A DNA stretch of 64,000 nucleotides from Microbotryum violaceum (Eukaryota). Shown one piece after another: positions 53,130 through 64,000 of the stretch. The notes beneath the pieces were generated by a model. It ran no database searches. It was not told the DNA's origin and saw only the letters and a program-made list of their open reading frames with translations. The stretch's first letter is position 1; every line of letters starts with the position of its first letter. The translations under genes were made by a program, and so were the position numbers. Location of the stretch: NCBI GenBank assembly GCA_001244265.2, contig CDLV01000015.1, positions 868,001-932,000 on the forward strand, read 5' to 3'.

Positions 53130-56100
53130 ATGAGTAGTGATGCGACCACGATGGACTCGGTCGTACCTTCCACGGCAACTCTGAACGAGAACGAGAACGA
53201 AACTAGTTCACTCGATTCGCAACTCGCTTCACTTCGAGCTGAATTAAGTCAAGGTCAACTCGTTGCGGAAGCTACGATACATGATCTTGATAACGCTTTA
53301 CAACTTGCGCGATTGGAGGTGGAGCGGTTCAAGGTTGAGGTGCACGAGGGAGGGAAGAGGGAGGAGCAGTTGCAGCAGGAGGTGCACCAGTTACGCAAGG
53401 CGATGGAGGAGGGGAGAAAGAGGGAGGGGGAGGACGAGCAGAGGCAGGAAGAGAGGAGGAAGCAAGCCGAACAGGGGGAGAGAGTCAAAAGGGAGTTGTT
53501 GGAGGCCGTCGAGAGGGAGGCGGCGGAGAAGCAAGAGCTGGCCGGTCAGTCTCGCCGCGACGGCATTCTTGCTGTGCAGTAGCTGATTGTCTTTTCGGCT
53601 ATCGTTTGGCAGAGTCTCTCGCTTCCCTTCGGGCCTTGCACACTTCGTTGCAAGCCTCGCATTCCGAACTCGAAGCGGCTTTACTCGAGCAAACGACCTC
53701 GGCCCGTTCCGCGCTGCTCAAGACCCAATCCCTACAATCGAACGTCACCTCGCTCGAATCCGACAAGACGTTCCTTTCCGAAGAACTCGATCGCGTTCGA
53801 GTCGAATACGCCACCACACGACGCACAACGCACGTGCAGATCACCCGCTTGAACGACCAACTCGCGACCCTGCAAGAGGACGAAGCCGCGTTGAGGAACG
53901 CGCATACGACCTTGCAGGCCTCCCATGTGACTTTGCAGGAACGCTATACCCAATTGACCGTCGAGTTGAGTCAGGTCAAGCAGGAGCGAGAGGCGAATGA
54001 GGGTTCGTTCGTCCTCGAGATGGCCGGGATGAAGCGCTTGGTCGAGATGATGGATCGACGCGAGGCCGAGAGAAAAAAGAGGATCGAACTTGTCGAGGCA
54101 TCGCTTCTGGAGGAACGTGCACGCTTGGCAGAGGAAGAGGCCGCCAGAGTGGAAGAGTTGGAGAGGGAACGCGAGAGGTGTGACGAGCTCGAGGCGAAGG
54201 TCGTCGAGATGCGCGCCGCGTTGGAGAGGGGGATCGTCACTTCCGCCGGCGGTGCGGAAGGCGACAGCTTTGGATCGCCCGGTCGGTTCGCGCTCAGTCC
54301 TTCGGCGCAGATGGCCGTCTCGAACCAGAAGGGTGGACGCAGCTACGCGCAGATCTACGCCGAGTACATCCGCATGGAGGAGCAGCTCGTCGCGGAACGG
54401 ACCGAGAACAAGCGGTTGCAAGAGTGCTTGGCGCAGGTGTTGATGGACATTGAAGAAAGGGTGCGTCGTTTCGATGCTTCCTGAATAATCACAGGAAACT
54501 GACTCTTGAAGCACGTCGGAACGAAACGCGTAGGCCCCGCTCATGAAGGAACAACGCATTGAATACGAGCGCATCTCCGAGGAGGCGACCCAACTCGCCG
54601 CTCAACTCGCGCTCGTCTCGTCCGAACGGGACCAGAGCGATCGACGCGCGACGTCGACTCGTCTTGACCTCGAACACGCTAAACGGGACAACACGATGCT
54701 CCAGGCCCAACTGCGCGACTTGGGACGGCAGGTGCGCACGCTCGCTCGACAGAACGCTCTCGTCACTGGTGTCGTCTCGGGTGGTTCGGCTGACGACGAC
54801 GACGAGGAAGAGAACGAGATCGTCAAACGCGCCGAAGTCGACCTCTCCACCGATGCGATCGTCGCCGCTCACCTCGTCACGTTCAAGAGCATCAACGAGT
54901 TGCAGGTACAGAACCAAAAGTTGTTGCGCATCACGAGGGAGATGGGCTCGCAGATGGAACGCCTCGACGACGATGCGCTCGGCCGCCGCAAGTGGAAGGA
55001 GAACAAGGCCATCGAGGAGGCGCACGAACTCGTTTTGGGTCTCAAGGAAGAGATCGAGAACCAGCAGCGCCAAATCGAAGGCTTTGCGAGGGAGCGCGAC
55101 ATGTTCCGTCGGATGCTCGCGAATCAGACCAATGGCCATGGCGCGATCGATGGAGGAGCGACGAACGGTGCTGCTGCCGGTGGCGACTCGGATCGATTGT
55201 TGGCGGACGTGCAGGCCAACTTTGACGCGTACAAGAACGAGATCGCAATCGACTCGCAGCGACTGCGCGACGACCTTAAGGACGCGCAACAAGCGGCTCA
55301 GACGACGCGCACCGAGCTGGCCAAGTCGAGGGCGCAGGCCGAGTACACCGCCGAGCGACTACGCCTCTTGACCGAGAACTACGGCACGCAGACGAATGAG
55401 TTGGCGCAAGCTTCGAAGCGCGCTTTGGACCTACAGTCGACGTTGGCAAGGCAGGAGGCCGTCGCGCACAACTTGTCCGAGGAGTTGATCGAGCTGCGCG
55501 GTCAGGTGGATCAGTTGCGCCACGAGAATACGACCCTCAAGACTGAGCGCGAGGTCACGTCGAGCGTGCAGGCCCGCCTCGTCGAGGAGAACTCGGCGCT
55601 TTCGAAAGAACGTGCTCACCTCGCCGAGTTGATGCGTAACCTCCAGTCGATGCAGAACGAGGTCGAACGATCCGGCAACGATGCTCGCCGTCGTCTCGAG
55701 AATCAAGTCACAAGACTCGAATCGCAGGCTGGCGACCTCAAGACCCGCCTCGACACCGAAACCGAGGCGAGTCGTCAGCTCACGTTGAGGAAAGACTTCG
55801 AGTCCAAGCAGTACCAGGAACGGTTGGACAAGCTGCAGGGCGAGTATGCGACGACGCGCGAGAAGCTCGTCGAGGCCGAGACGTCGAGGACCCACCTCGA
55901 CTTGCGCGTGCAGGATCTTCAGTTGCAGGTCACCGCTCGGGAGGAGAAGCTTGCCATTTACGAAGGTCGATCGGCCGCCGCTCGAGCGGGAGGAGAAGCT
56001 TCTTCACTCAGTGCAACCGAGCAGCTCGAGATCATGCTCGCGGATGTGCGCATCGAGCTCGAGGAGACCAAGGCCAAGCTCGAACGTTCTGTCGTCCACG

Positions 56101-59100
56101 CGCGAGAATTGCAAAATATCGCCGACGCTCAAGGTGGTGCTTTGGCCGAATTGCAGGCGACCTACGACGCGTACAAGATCTCCGTCGATGCTCGGATCGC
56201 CGAGAAGGACGGCGAGATCGCCAGTCTGCGTGAGCGTCTGCACTCGCTGACGACCGATCTCACCGACCAATCGAGGCAGAACTCGGAGTTGCACGCCCAG
56301 ATTGAGGCCGAGCGCGTTGCTTTCGAGAAGGAGCGCAAGGTGCTCGAGGACTCCCTCGCGGCCGTGCGAGCGCACGAGCAGGACGCACACAACGCCAGTT
56401 TCCAAGCGCAGAACGATGTGCGACAACAGGCGCAGCGAGCGAAGGACGCCCACGAAAAGTACGAACGCGAACTTGTCGCCCATGCCGAGGACGTCAAGCA
56501 GTTGAGCGAGGTCAAGGGCAAGCTCGAGCACGCGCGACGGCAGACGAGGGAAGCGCAGACCGCGAACGAGGTTTCCAAGACGAACTTGGCTGCTTCCGAG
56601 GAGAGTTGGGCTCGACAGAAGGTGGCATTGGATGGCGAGTTGGCCGATGTCAAGAAGAGGTGTGTTTGGTCGCTGTGCTATTTCGTTATTCTTCGTCGAT
56701 CATATCTGATAACCCCTGTCCTTGATCTGTAAACAGATGCGAGGACCTCACGAGTCAGAATGCTCTTCTCCATCAACATCTTGAATCGACAACTGCGCAG
56801 GCCGCTTCGTTGCAAAAGTCGACGTTGACGGGTGCACCCGGTGCCGATTCAGCGGCCGTCGAAGGACTCGATGCTGCCGTCTCGACCGCATCCCCTTCGG
56901 ACGAGCTATTCGGCGTCATCACGTTCCTGCGCCGCGAGAAGGAGATCGTCGACTTCCAACTCGATCTCAGCAAGCAAGAAGCGACGCGCCTGCGCACCCA
57001 GCTTGACTTCACGACTCGCAACCTCGAAGAAGTGCGCCAAGCTTTGGCTGAGGAACGTCAAACCGGTCCGGTCGCATCGGCTTCGACAACGCAACAAGCC
57101 GAGCTAATGGAGCGCATCCACCAGTCCGAACTGCTGCGCGAGAGTAACCACACCTTGCGCGAGGAGCACCGCGCGATGATGCGCACCAACAAGACGCTCG
57201 AGAAGCGCAACGGCGAGATGCGCGCCGAGCTCGAGCCGCTCAAGTCGCACGTCGTGGAATTGCAAGCCGAGATCGAGGCCAAACAGCACACGATCCGATT
57301 GCTCGAGGAGGACAACGAGCGGTGGAAGGTGCGCAACCAAACCATCTTGGCCAAGTACGAACGCATCGACCCCGAGGAACTGTCGACACTCAAGACCGAG
57401 GTTGACCAACTCAAGGCTGAACTCGACCCGCTCAAGCAAAGGCTGCAGGAGCTCGAACAGGAGAAGGCGACCGTGCAGACCGACGCCGAGGAGAAAGCGC
57501 GCTTGATCGAGGTGTACCGCGAGAGCTCGAACCGGACTTCGGAACGGTTCAAGGCGCTTCAGCTCCAAGCTCGCACGACTCGCTCGGAGAAGATGGCGCT
57601 CGAGGCCGAACTCGCCGCTTTGAAGGCGAAGATCGAGTCGGGCGAGTTGATCACCGCCGCATCGAACGCCGCTGCCGCCGCTGCCGCCTCGACCGCTTCC
57701 GCCGCTTCCGCCGAGACGCAGAACCAACTTTCAGCACTTCAAGTCGAAAAGGCGTCGCTCGAATCGCGTATTCAACAACAGACCGAGACGATTGCGACAC
57801 TCGAGGCACGCATCGCGACCCACGAGGCTCAACAGACTGACGTCAGCAAACCCGCCGACGATCGATTGAGTGCGCTCGAGGCGGAGAAGAAGGCGTTGGA
57901 GGACCGGGTGGCTGTACGTCCTCATTAGCGTCCGCTTCTATTCCGTGGCATGCCTGATTTATTGTTTTTCCGACTTGTTACAACAGCACTATCAAAAGAG
58001 GGAGGAGCCCATCTTCAATGACAACAAGCGCCTCAAGGGCGAGAACAGGCAGTACGAGGCGCAGCTCGCTGCTCTGCAGGCGCGCATCGACGAACACGTC
58101 AAAGTCAAGGAGACTTTCGAAGCCAACAACCAGGAAGCGATCACGAAGGCTGTCGAGGCGCGCGTCGCGGCTGCTGGCACACAACCTGGCGATCCTGCTG
58201 CCGTCGAGGAGCTCGTCCGAACCAGGGTCTCCGAGGTCGAGGCTCGACTTGCTGCGGAGCGCGAATCGGCCATTGCGGCCGCCGTCGAGACGACAACGGC
58301 CGAGCTGAACAAGACACTCGATTCTCTTCGCACCGAGCTCGTTGCTGCCCGAGAGGAGGCGACTGTCGCCGCTTCCGTTGCTGGAACGACTGTGACCGCC
58401 TCAGACGATGCCGATGCGAAGAAACAATTCGAAGAGCAACTCGCCAAGGTCCAGAGCGACTTTGAAGCTTCCAAAACGGCGATGCAGGCCGAGTTTGAGC
58501 AACTCAAGACCAAGCTCGCCGAAGACGCCAAGACGCGCGAGCAGGAGATCACGAAACGACTTTCCGCTGAACTTGCACATGCCCAAGCCGAAGCGAAAGC
58601 CGCAACTGAAGCCGCAGCCGCAGCCGCCGCTGCAGCCACCTCAGTTGCACCTGCTTCTGCACCGGAGGTCGATGTCGATGCCCTGGTCGCCGCCAAGCTC
58701 AAGGACCTTGAAGCGGGTCGACTCGCTTCGCAACAGCAAGCGATCGAAGCCGCTGTGACGGAAGCGCTCGCTAAGCAAGCCACCGAGAACGAGGCACGGG
58801 TTGCGACGCAAATGCAGGAGACGCGCAACAACATGCAGGAAGAGTTCACCAAAAAGGGCACACTAATGACGGCGCTCAAGAAGGCGGTTGAAACCAAGCT
58901 CAAGGCCTCCGACGTCAAGCTCAAGGCAGCGCACGAACTTCTCCAAGCGAACGGAATCCCTCTGCCCGATGCCACTGCCACTCCCGCTGCAGCAACACCT
59001 GCCCTTTCATCGCCTGCACCTGCGCCCACACCTGCAGCTGCACCTTCGACACCTACGCTTACTCTCAAGGCAACATCATCAGCTCGAGGCGGCGCTGCCG

Positions 59101-59387
59101 CAGGACGTGGAGCGATTCGAGGAGGCCGAGGCAGAGGACGAGGTGCAGCCGCTGCGGGCGCATCGCCGAGTCGATCGGGAGCTGCCGCTACTTCGGAGAC
59201 TCCTGCCAATTTCTCGATTCGTGGGATTACAGGTGCGGCTGCGCCGCCAGCTACACCACCGTCTTCGACACCAGGCGGTGTCTTGGGACGATTGATGGGC
59301 GGCGCGCTCGGTGGGAAACGAGGGAGGGACGATGATGCTTCGGCGGATGGGAAACGACAGAAGCAAGGCGAAGGAGGGAGCGGTTGA
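53130..59387 (+). CDS. Nuclear basket nucleoporin Mlp1/TPR (Nup211-like)
   Basis: Long coiled coil with LVTFKSINELQVQNQKLLRITRE, AHEKYERELVAHA, QNALLHQHLE, FLRREKEI and LLEEDNERWKVRNQTILAKYERIDPEE. Confidence 0.92.
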
Positions 59388-60149
59388 TTTGTGACTCGCG
59401 GCTTTGATCAAACTTAAGACTCGGGACTGTGTAATACCACCCTCTATCCGCAATTTTGCCATGTAGAGAGATTTATTCTGGCCGGGGTGGCCCCTCTTTG
59501 TGATCTGGACCGATGTTTTCAGAGGACACTGCCCTTTTACTTTTTGAGGTCAATAATTTGGCTCGGGAAGAAAGAGGATTGGAGCTGGGAATTGTTCGAG
59601 TGGACGCACGCCCCACTACACCGTCGATACAGCGTGTGGGGCACCACACCACCCAGGGAGGTGCCCAGGTAGTGCGGCTGCTTAATATGACTCAGCTTTC
59701 TGAAAGGGCCAAAGTGAGCTACTTGTTCATTGAGGCTATTCAGGCGCGATTCTCCCCCCGCAGAAGCCTTGGTGCAAAGCGCATGTTTCAGCACGCGAAC
59801 CTGACGCGAGACATCATGCGAACCTGGCACATGCGAAGTTTGCGAAGTTTGCGAACCTGCAACCGAGTCTCGGAGGCAGGAGCAGCGACCGACGATGGCG
59901 CCGTGGACGTCAAGAAAGATGGAAAGCTGGGTGTCAAAGGGTGGAGAGTGAGGATAGTCACTACACGAGACTTGCAGAGGAATGAAGCGGGACGACTGAG
60001 GGAGCTGCTCTTATGATCTACCAAAGGAGGAGTGTCGAGTTCATTTAAAGGGAGCAACTTCATTAGAGCGGCCGCGCCTTCGTTCCCCTGGCCTCTGGCG
60101 CCGCAACGGGCGCTTTGCATTACAGTGCCGACTCGGGTACGGAAGGAAT

Positions 60150-61553
60150 GCGAGACGCACACAAACCAGACTTGAAGTTGAGTTGGCCACCATGGTCGCC
60201 TTGTCCCCGGCGGCTTCACGAGCATGTGGAAAAGGCCGATCCGCAGCGTGATGGGCAGGTCGAGTCGATCAAGGTGCCGGAGAATCACGTCTGGGGAGCC
60301 GAGGACGACACGACACCTTTGGTGTAAGCGATCCTGGAAAAGGGGTGAGGCAATTTCTTCTTCTTCCCGCTCATCTTCTTATCCATGTCGTGAGCAAGTA
60401 GCTGATCTCGCCGTACTGCACTGCAGATTTCAACCTCGAACCGAGTTCTCGTCCTGTGCGCGAGGGGGGGGGGGGGGGGGGGGGGGGGGGGTCAAATGCG
60501 ATAGCTCGGGGCTCGCCCGGTCAGGTGTGGTGTGCTCCAAGGACCACTGCGCCGACGTGGTCGACCTCTTCCCACACGCGAACACGCCGAAGACGGTCGA
60601 GACGTGGAAGATGGACGATGCAACGAGAAAAGCGTGGGAGGCACAACACAAACGCCGGATCCACGACGATCGACTTATGGAAGACATTCACATCGTCATG
60701 GAGCTCAAGGTGAATGAGTTGGACCAAGCCCTGGCCGACGCACAGCTCTATCGGCGGTATTATCGGATGATTTCGACAAAAGGGATTCAGGAATGGGTCT
60801 ATGGCTTGACGCTTTGCAGCTCGATGTTCCGTGTTCAAGTTCACAAACCAAGCGGAATCATCAGGACCGAGGCGATTGACTGCTTCTGTCGAACAGTCAA
60901 TCGATTCGGTTTTGACGATTCCGCTAGGCGTGTGAGCTTGAACAGGGAACATCGAGCCGCAAAGCGTCGAGCCATAGATCCCGTTCGTGGAGGACATTCG
61001 ATAGTACCGCCGACAGAGCTATGGGTCGGCTAGGGCTTGGTCAACTTACTCACCTTGAGCTCCTTGACGCATGACGATGTAGATGTCCTCCATAAGTTGA
61101 TCGTCGTGGATCCGGCCTTTCCACGATTTTCCCGTTGCATCGTCCATCTTCCACGCCTCGACCTTCTTCGGCGTGTACGCGTGTGGGAAGAGGTCGACCG
61201 CATCGGTGCAGTGGTCCTTGGAGGCCACCTGAACGGGCGAGGTCCGAATTATCGCATTTGACCCCCCGCACACGACGAGAACTCGGTTCGAAGTTGAAGC
61301 CTGCAGTGCAGTACGGCGAGATCAGCCAGTTGCTCACGACATGGATAAGAAGATGAGCGGGAAGAAGAAGAAATTGCCTCACCTTTTCCAGGATCGCTTG
61401 CACCAGACTTGGAGTTGTCAAGGCAGACGTGATCCTCCAGCACCTTGATCGACTCGACCCGCTGCCGATCTTCTCCATATGCCTGGGCAGCGCCAGCGAG
61501 AATGGAGGTTGTTGGCCAACAAGTCAGCGACAGGTCTGATTTGTGTGCGTCTC
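60150..61553. repeat. Long diverged palindrome of a FunK1-N-terminus-like pseudogene, centre ~60887
   Basis: The arms meet at gattgactg-cttctgtcgaa-cagtcaatc. Both encode ESIKV..EDHV, KDHC.D.VDLFPHA.TPK.VE.WKMDDAT and IHDD.LMEDI.IVM..LKV. Confidence 0.93.
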
Positions 61554-63781
61554 TTGTATTGGCGCTCGTAGCACGCATGCGCGTATACTTTCGAGGCAGA
61601 ACCGTCTTGAATGCAGTGGTGTCGCCGGCACTATACCGAAAAGAGATGACCGCAAGCGTTGGGCTGTTCGAAGCGCGAGCCGGGACTCACACGGGGACAT
61701 CTTCGACGGTTGGACGGAGGTGCTGCAGTGAGAGGGCCTGGACGAGCTTGACAAGCTATAGATCCCAACAACGAAGTGACCACTTCTATACCTAGTGCTT
61801 TTTATGGTGAGTGCAGGGTCCGGAGTAGGGGGAGGAGAGGGGGTTGAGTGGAAGTGAGGGGGGAGAACAAGAGGGACGAACATCCATTTCGTAGGGACGC
61901 GTAGCGTCGTCAGCTTGGTCGCCGGGATGCAAGCCTGACGGATTGCCAGACGACCGTTGGACGAGTCGATAGCACCACATCGCTGAGTTATCTTACAACC
62001 CCCTTGATTGAGTAGAACAGCCACTCAGAAATGTAAACACGGTCTGCGTTGGAGTGTCGGACTGGTCTGCCAATCCGACTCTCAGACTCTCTCAGACTCG
62101 GATCATCCCTGGGCCGCCGGAGCGGCATCGATCCGCCGGCGCGCGCGCAAGCGTCCACTGCAGGGCCAAGGAGGAAGTGGTAGACATGTGACCCGTGTAT
62201 TTCACCAAACTGAACGCCAAAGACTATATTATACCGGCGTCTTTCCGACCCGAGAGCTCATCACGTAGAGAAGTCTTCTTCCTGAGGCCGGGATAATCAA
62301 GATGATGGTGATGTGCCAGGCAGGGCACTGCAGTGCCCCCCCTTCAAGTGACCTGGACCGATGGTCTAAAACGACGCTCCCCATATGATATGCTAAACCA
62401 ATCATATGAGTCGGATGGCGATGGAAAGATGATGGTAGCCGGAAGTCGTTCCAGTGTGTGGGGCACCACACCACCGATCGCGAGGGAGGTTCGCACGCCG
62501 TCCCATAAGTCGCCTGTGGCTCATGCCGTAGCCGTAGAAATTTGGTGCGGCAGCGTAGTATTGATTCGAATTTGAAGGAAGATCCAAAATGGGCGTGTTC
62601 AGTGAGGCACTTAGTTCGCTTCTCTCCTCGGCAATATTCTCGCTGCAAGGACTTGATGTGTCAGCACGCGAACCTGGTGACCGAGACTCGAACTCGGAGC
62701 CAGAAGAGGTGACCTGCCGCGACCGATGATGGTGGTGATTATTCACAACAGCCAAGGATCGGGAAGTTCGGAAACTTGAGCTGGGGCTGGTATAGGTGCC
62801 TGAAGGGCCATCAAATGACGTGGATTTTCCGGTACACTGGCGGTCGACCGTAAATTCCACCTGAAACCGGAGCTTTTCAACTGGCGTAGCACTACTGCAT
62901 GGCCAAAAATGTGCCACCTTTTGTACTGGGGTACGACGACCGACCCTTTCTCTCTCAGCTGTGCTTCTCTAATCAATTAATCAGGCTTGATACAAAAAAA
63001 ATAAAAATGCCCCACACACGCGGGCTCACGGGCGGTACTCGCGACGCACGTTCCCCTTTTGGGCCTTCACTGCGTCGTCGACGTTTCCTTGCCAGCTTCT
63101 GCGGCCGCGTCCACCACCTGTAGAGACATGTGCCTTCCTCAGGCCTCACCCCCACTGCAAGACTACCGAGTCCCAGCTGACGAAGTCGCTGACCGAGCCG
63201 CGTTCATGTCTTGCTGGACGCTTAGTACAGCTGCGAGCAGCTCGGGGTGAGTGCCTTGATACATCTGCGCTTGTTGCGACATGTACTCTGCATTTCTATT
63301 CTTACAACTTAGTTGTACGGGCATATAGCTCTGTAGCTCTTGTTGGGCAGCACGCTACTACTAATTCAGTTGCACGGTTTTCAGCAGACCCTTTGCCTCC
63401 TCTCGCGCCATCTGCGCCGATCCGTCCTTCTACAGTGACTTGTCTTGTCGCAAAGGTATGCTGAGCCGATCGATGGACTTCTCCACCGTCGGTTTCAGCC
63501 GACTGTCATCTAGAAGCTTTGGTCGCAAAGCTCCAAATTGTGAACCCACCCACCGTCCCTATTCACCGGGTTTCTGAGGTTCTTTATTTCATTTGCTGAG
63601 ATTCAGTCGTTTGATCGAGGTTCATGTTTTGTTTTCGTTTTTTTGTTTGTTTTGTACACGCCAATGTTGTCCTTCGTCTTGCTGCAACTCGAACCACTAT
63701 TCCGCTACAACTCGCGCGAGTGGTCAGGGGAGTCGAAGCGTTGAAGGTGTTAGTAGTACTAGACCTTTCATTGATATCAGG

Positions 63782-63858
63782 GGCCGGATACTAGCTTAGT
63801 AGGTCAAAAGCTTTTCCAATGAAAGGAAGCGACCCAGGTTCGACACCTGGTCCAGCCG
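63782..63858 (+). tRNA. tRNA-like sequence (pseudo-tRNA or SINE head), nominal anticodon TGA
   Basis: Acceptor stem GGCCGGA/TCCAGCC, D stem GCTT/AAGC, anticodon stem TTTCC/GGAAG and T arm CCAGG-TTCGACA-CCTGG, followed by a T-rich tract. Defects: 3-nt insertion after the acceptor stem, A at position 33, no long variable arm. Confidence 0.6.
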
Positions 63859-64000
63859 TTCTCTTCTTTTGTCGATCTTTACGGAATCATTGTTGATTCC
63901 AGCAGCATTGTCCTTCCAGATCATTGGTCCTGATCACAAAGAGGGGCTTGAAGCCGGCCGCCCAAATAACCTCTCTACATGACGGGATCGCAGGGCGGAT

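Noticed and set aside
57992..59209. 405-aa antisense ORF and similar minus-strand ORFs over Mlp1
   Set aside because: Shadow ORFs caused by GC-rich codon bias of the sense gene.
63356..63758. 9-bp inverted ends tactactaa/ttagtagta (possible MITE)
   Set aside because: Too short to distinguish from chance; no second copy in the window.

Overview
This is an intron-rich, GC-rich fungal genomic window; a basidiomycete, probably Pucciniomycotina/Microbotryomycetes, is inferred from intron style and protein sequences. Islands of housekeeping genes alternate with accessory tracts. The housekeeping genes are a YLR345W-type 6PF2K/FBPase2, TRP4, capping protein alpha, cullin-1, a DUF2462 protein, a linker histone H1-like gene, a FIST-domain protein, TOM22, GEM1/Miro and an Mlp1/TPR nucleoporin. 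The accessory tracts hold three atypical or FunK1-like kinase genes in different states of decay and a degenerate Ty1/Copia element (35581-41373, TSD GGAAG) whose 5' LTR is split by a LINE fragment. They also hold two solo LTRs with TSDs, an orphan acyl-CoA synthetase 3' fragment and an aberrant tRNA-like sequence. The most striking unexplained pattern is six separate local inverted duplications (fold-backs), all in accessory DNA. Four involve or enclose kinase or nuclease-like sequence, including a 231-bp near-perfect inverted-repeat pair around a FunK1 kinase and a ~1.4-kb palindrome with an ~11-nt loop. Exon boundaries are read by eye and are approximate.
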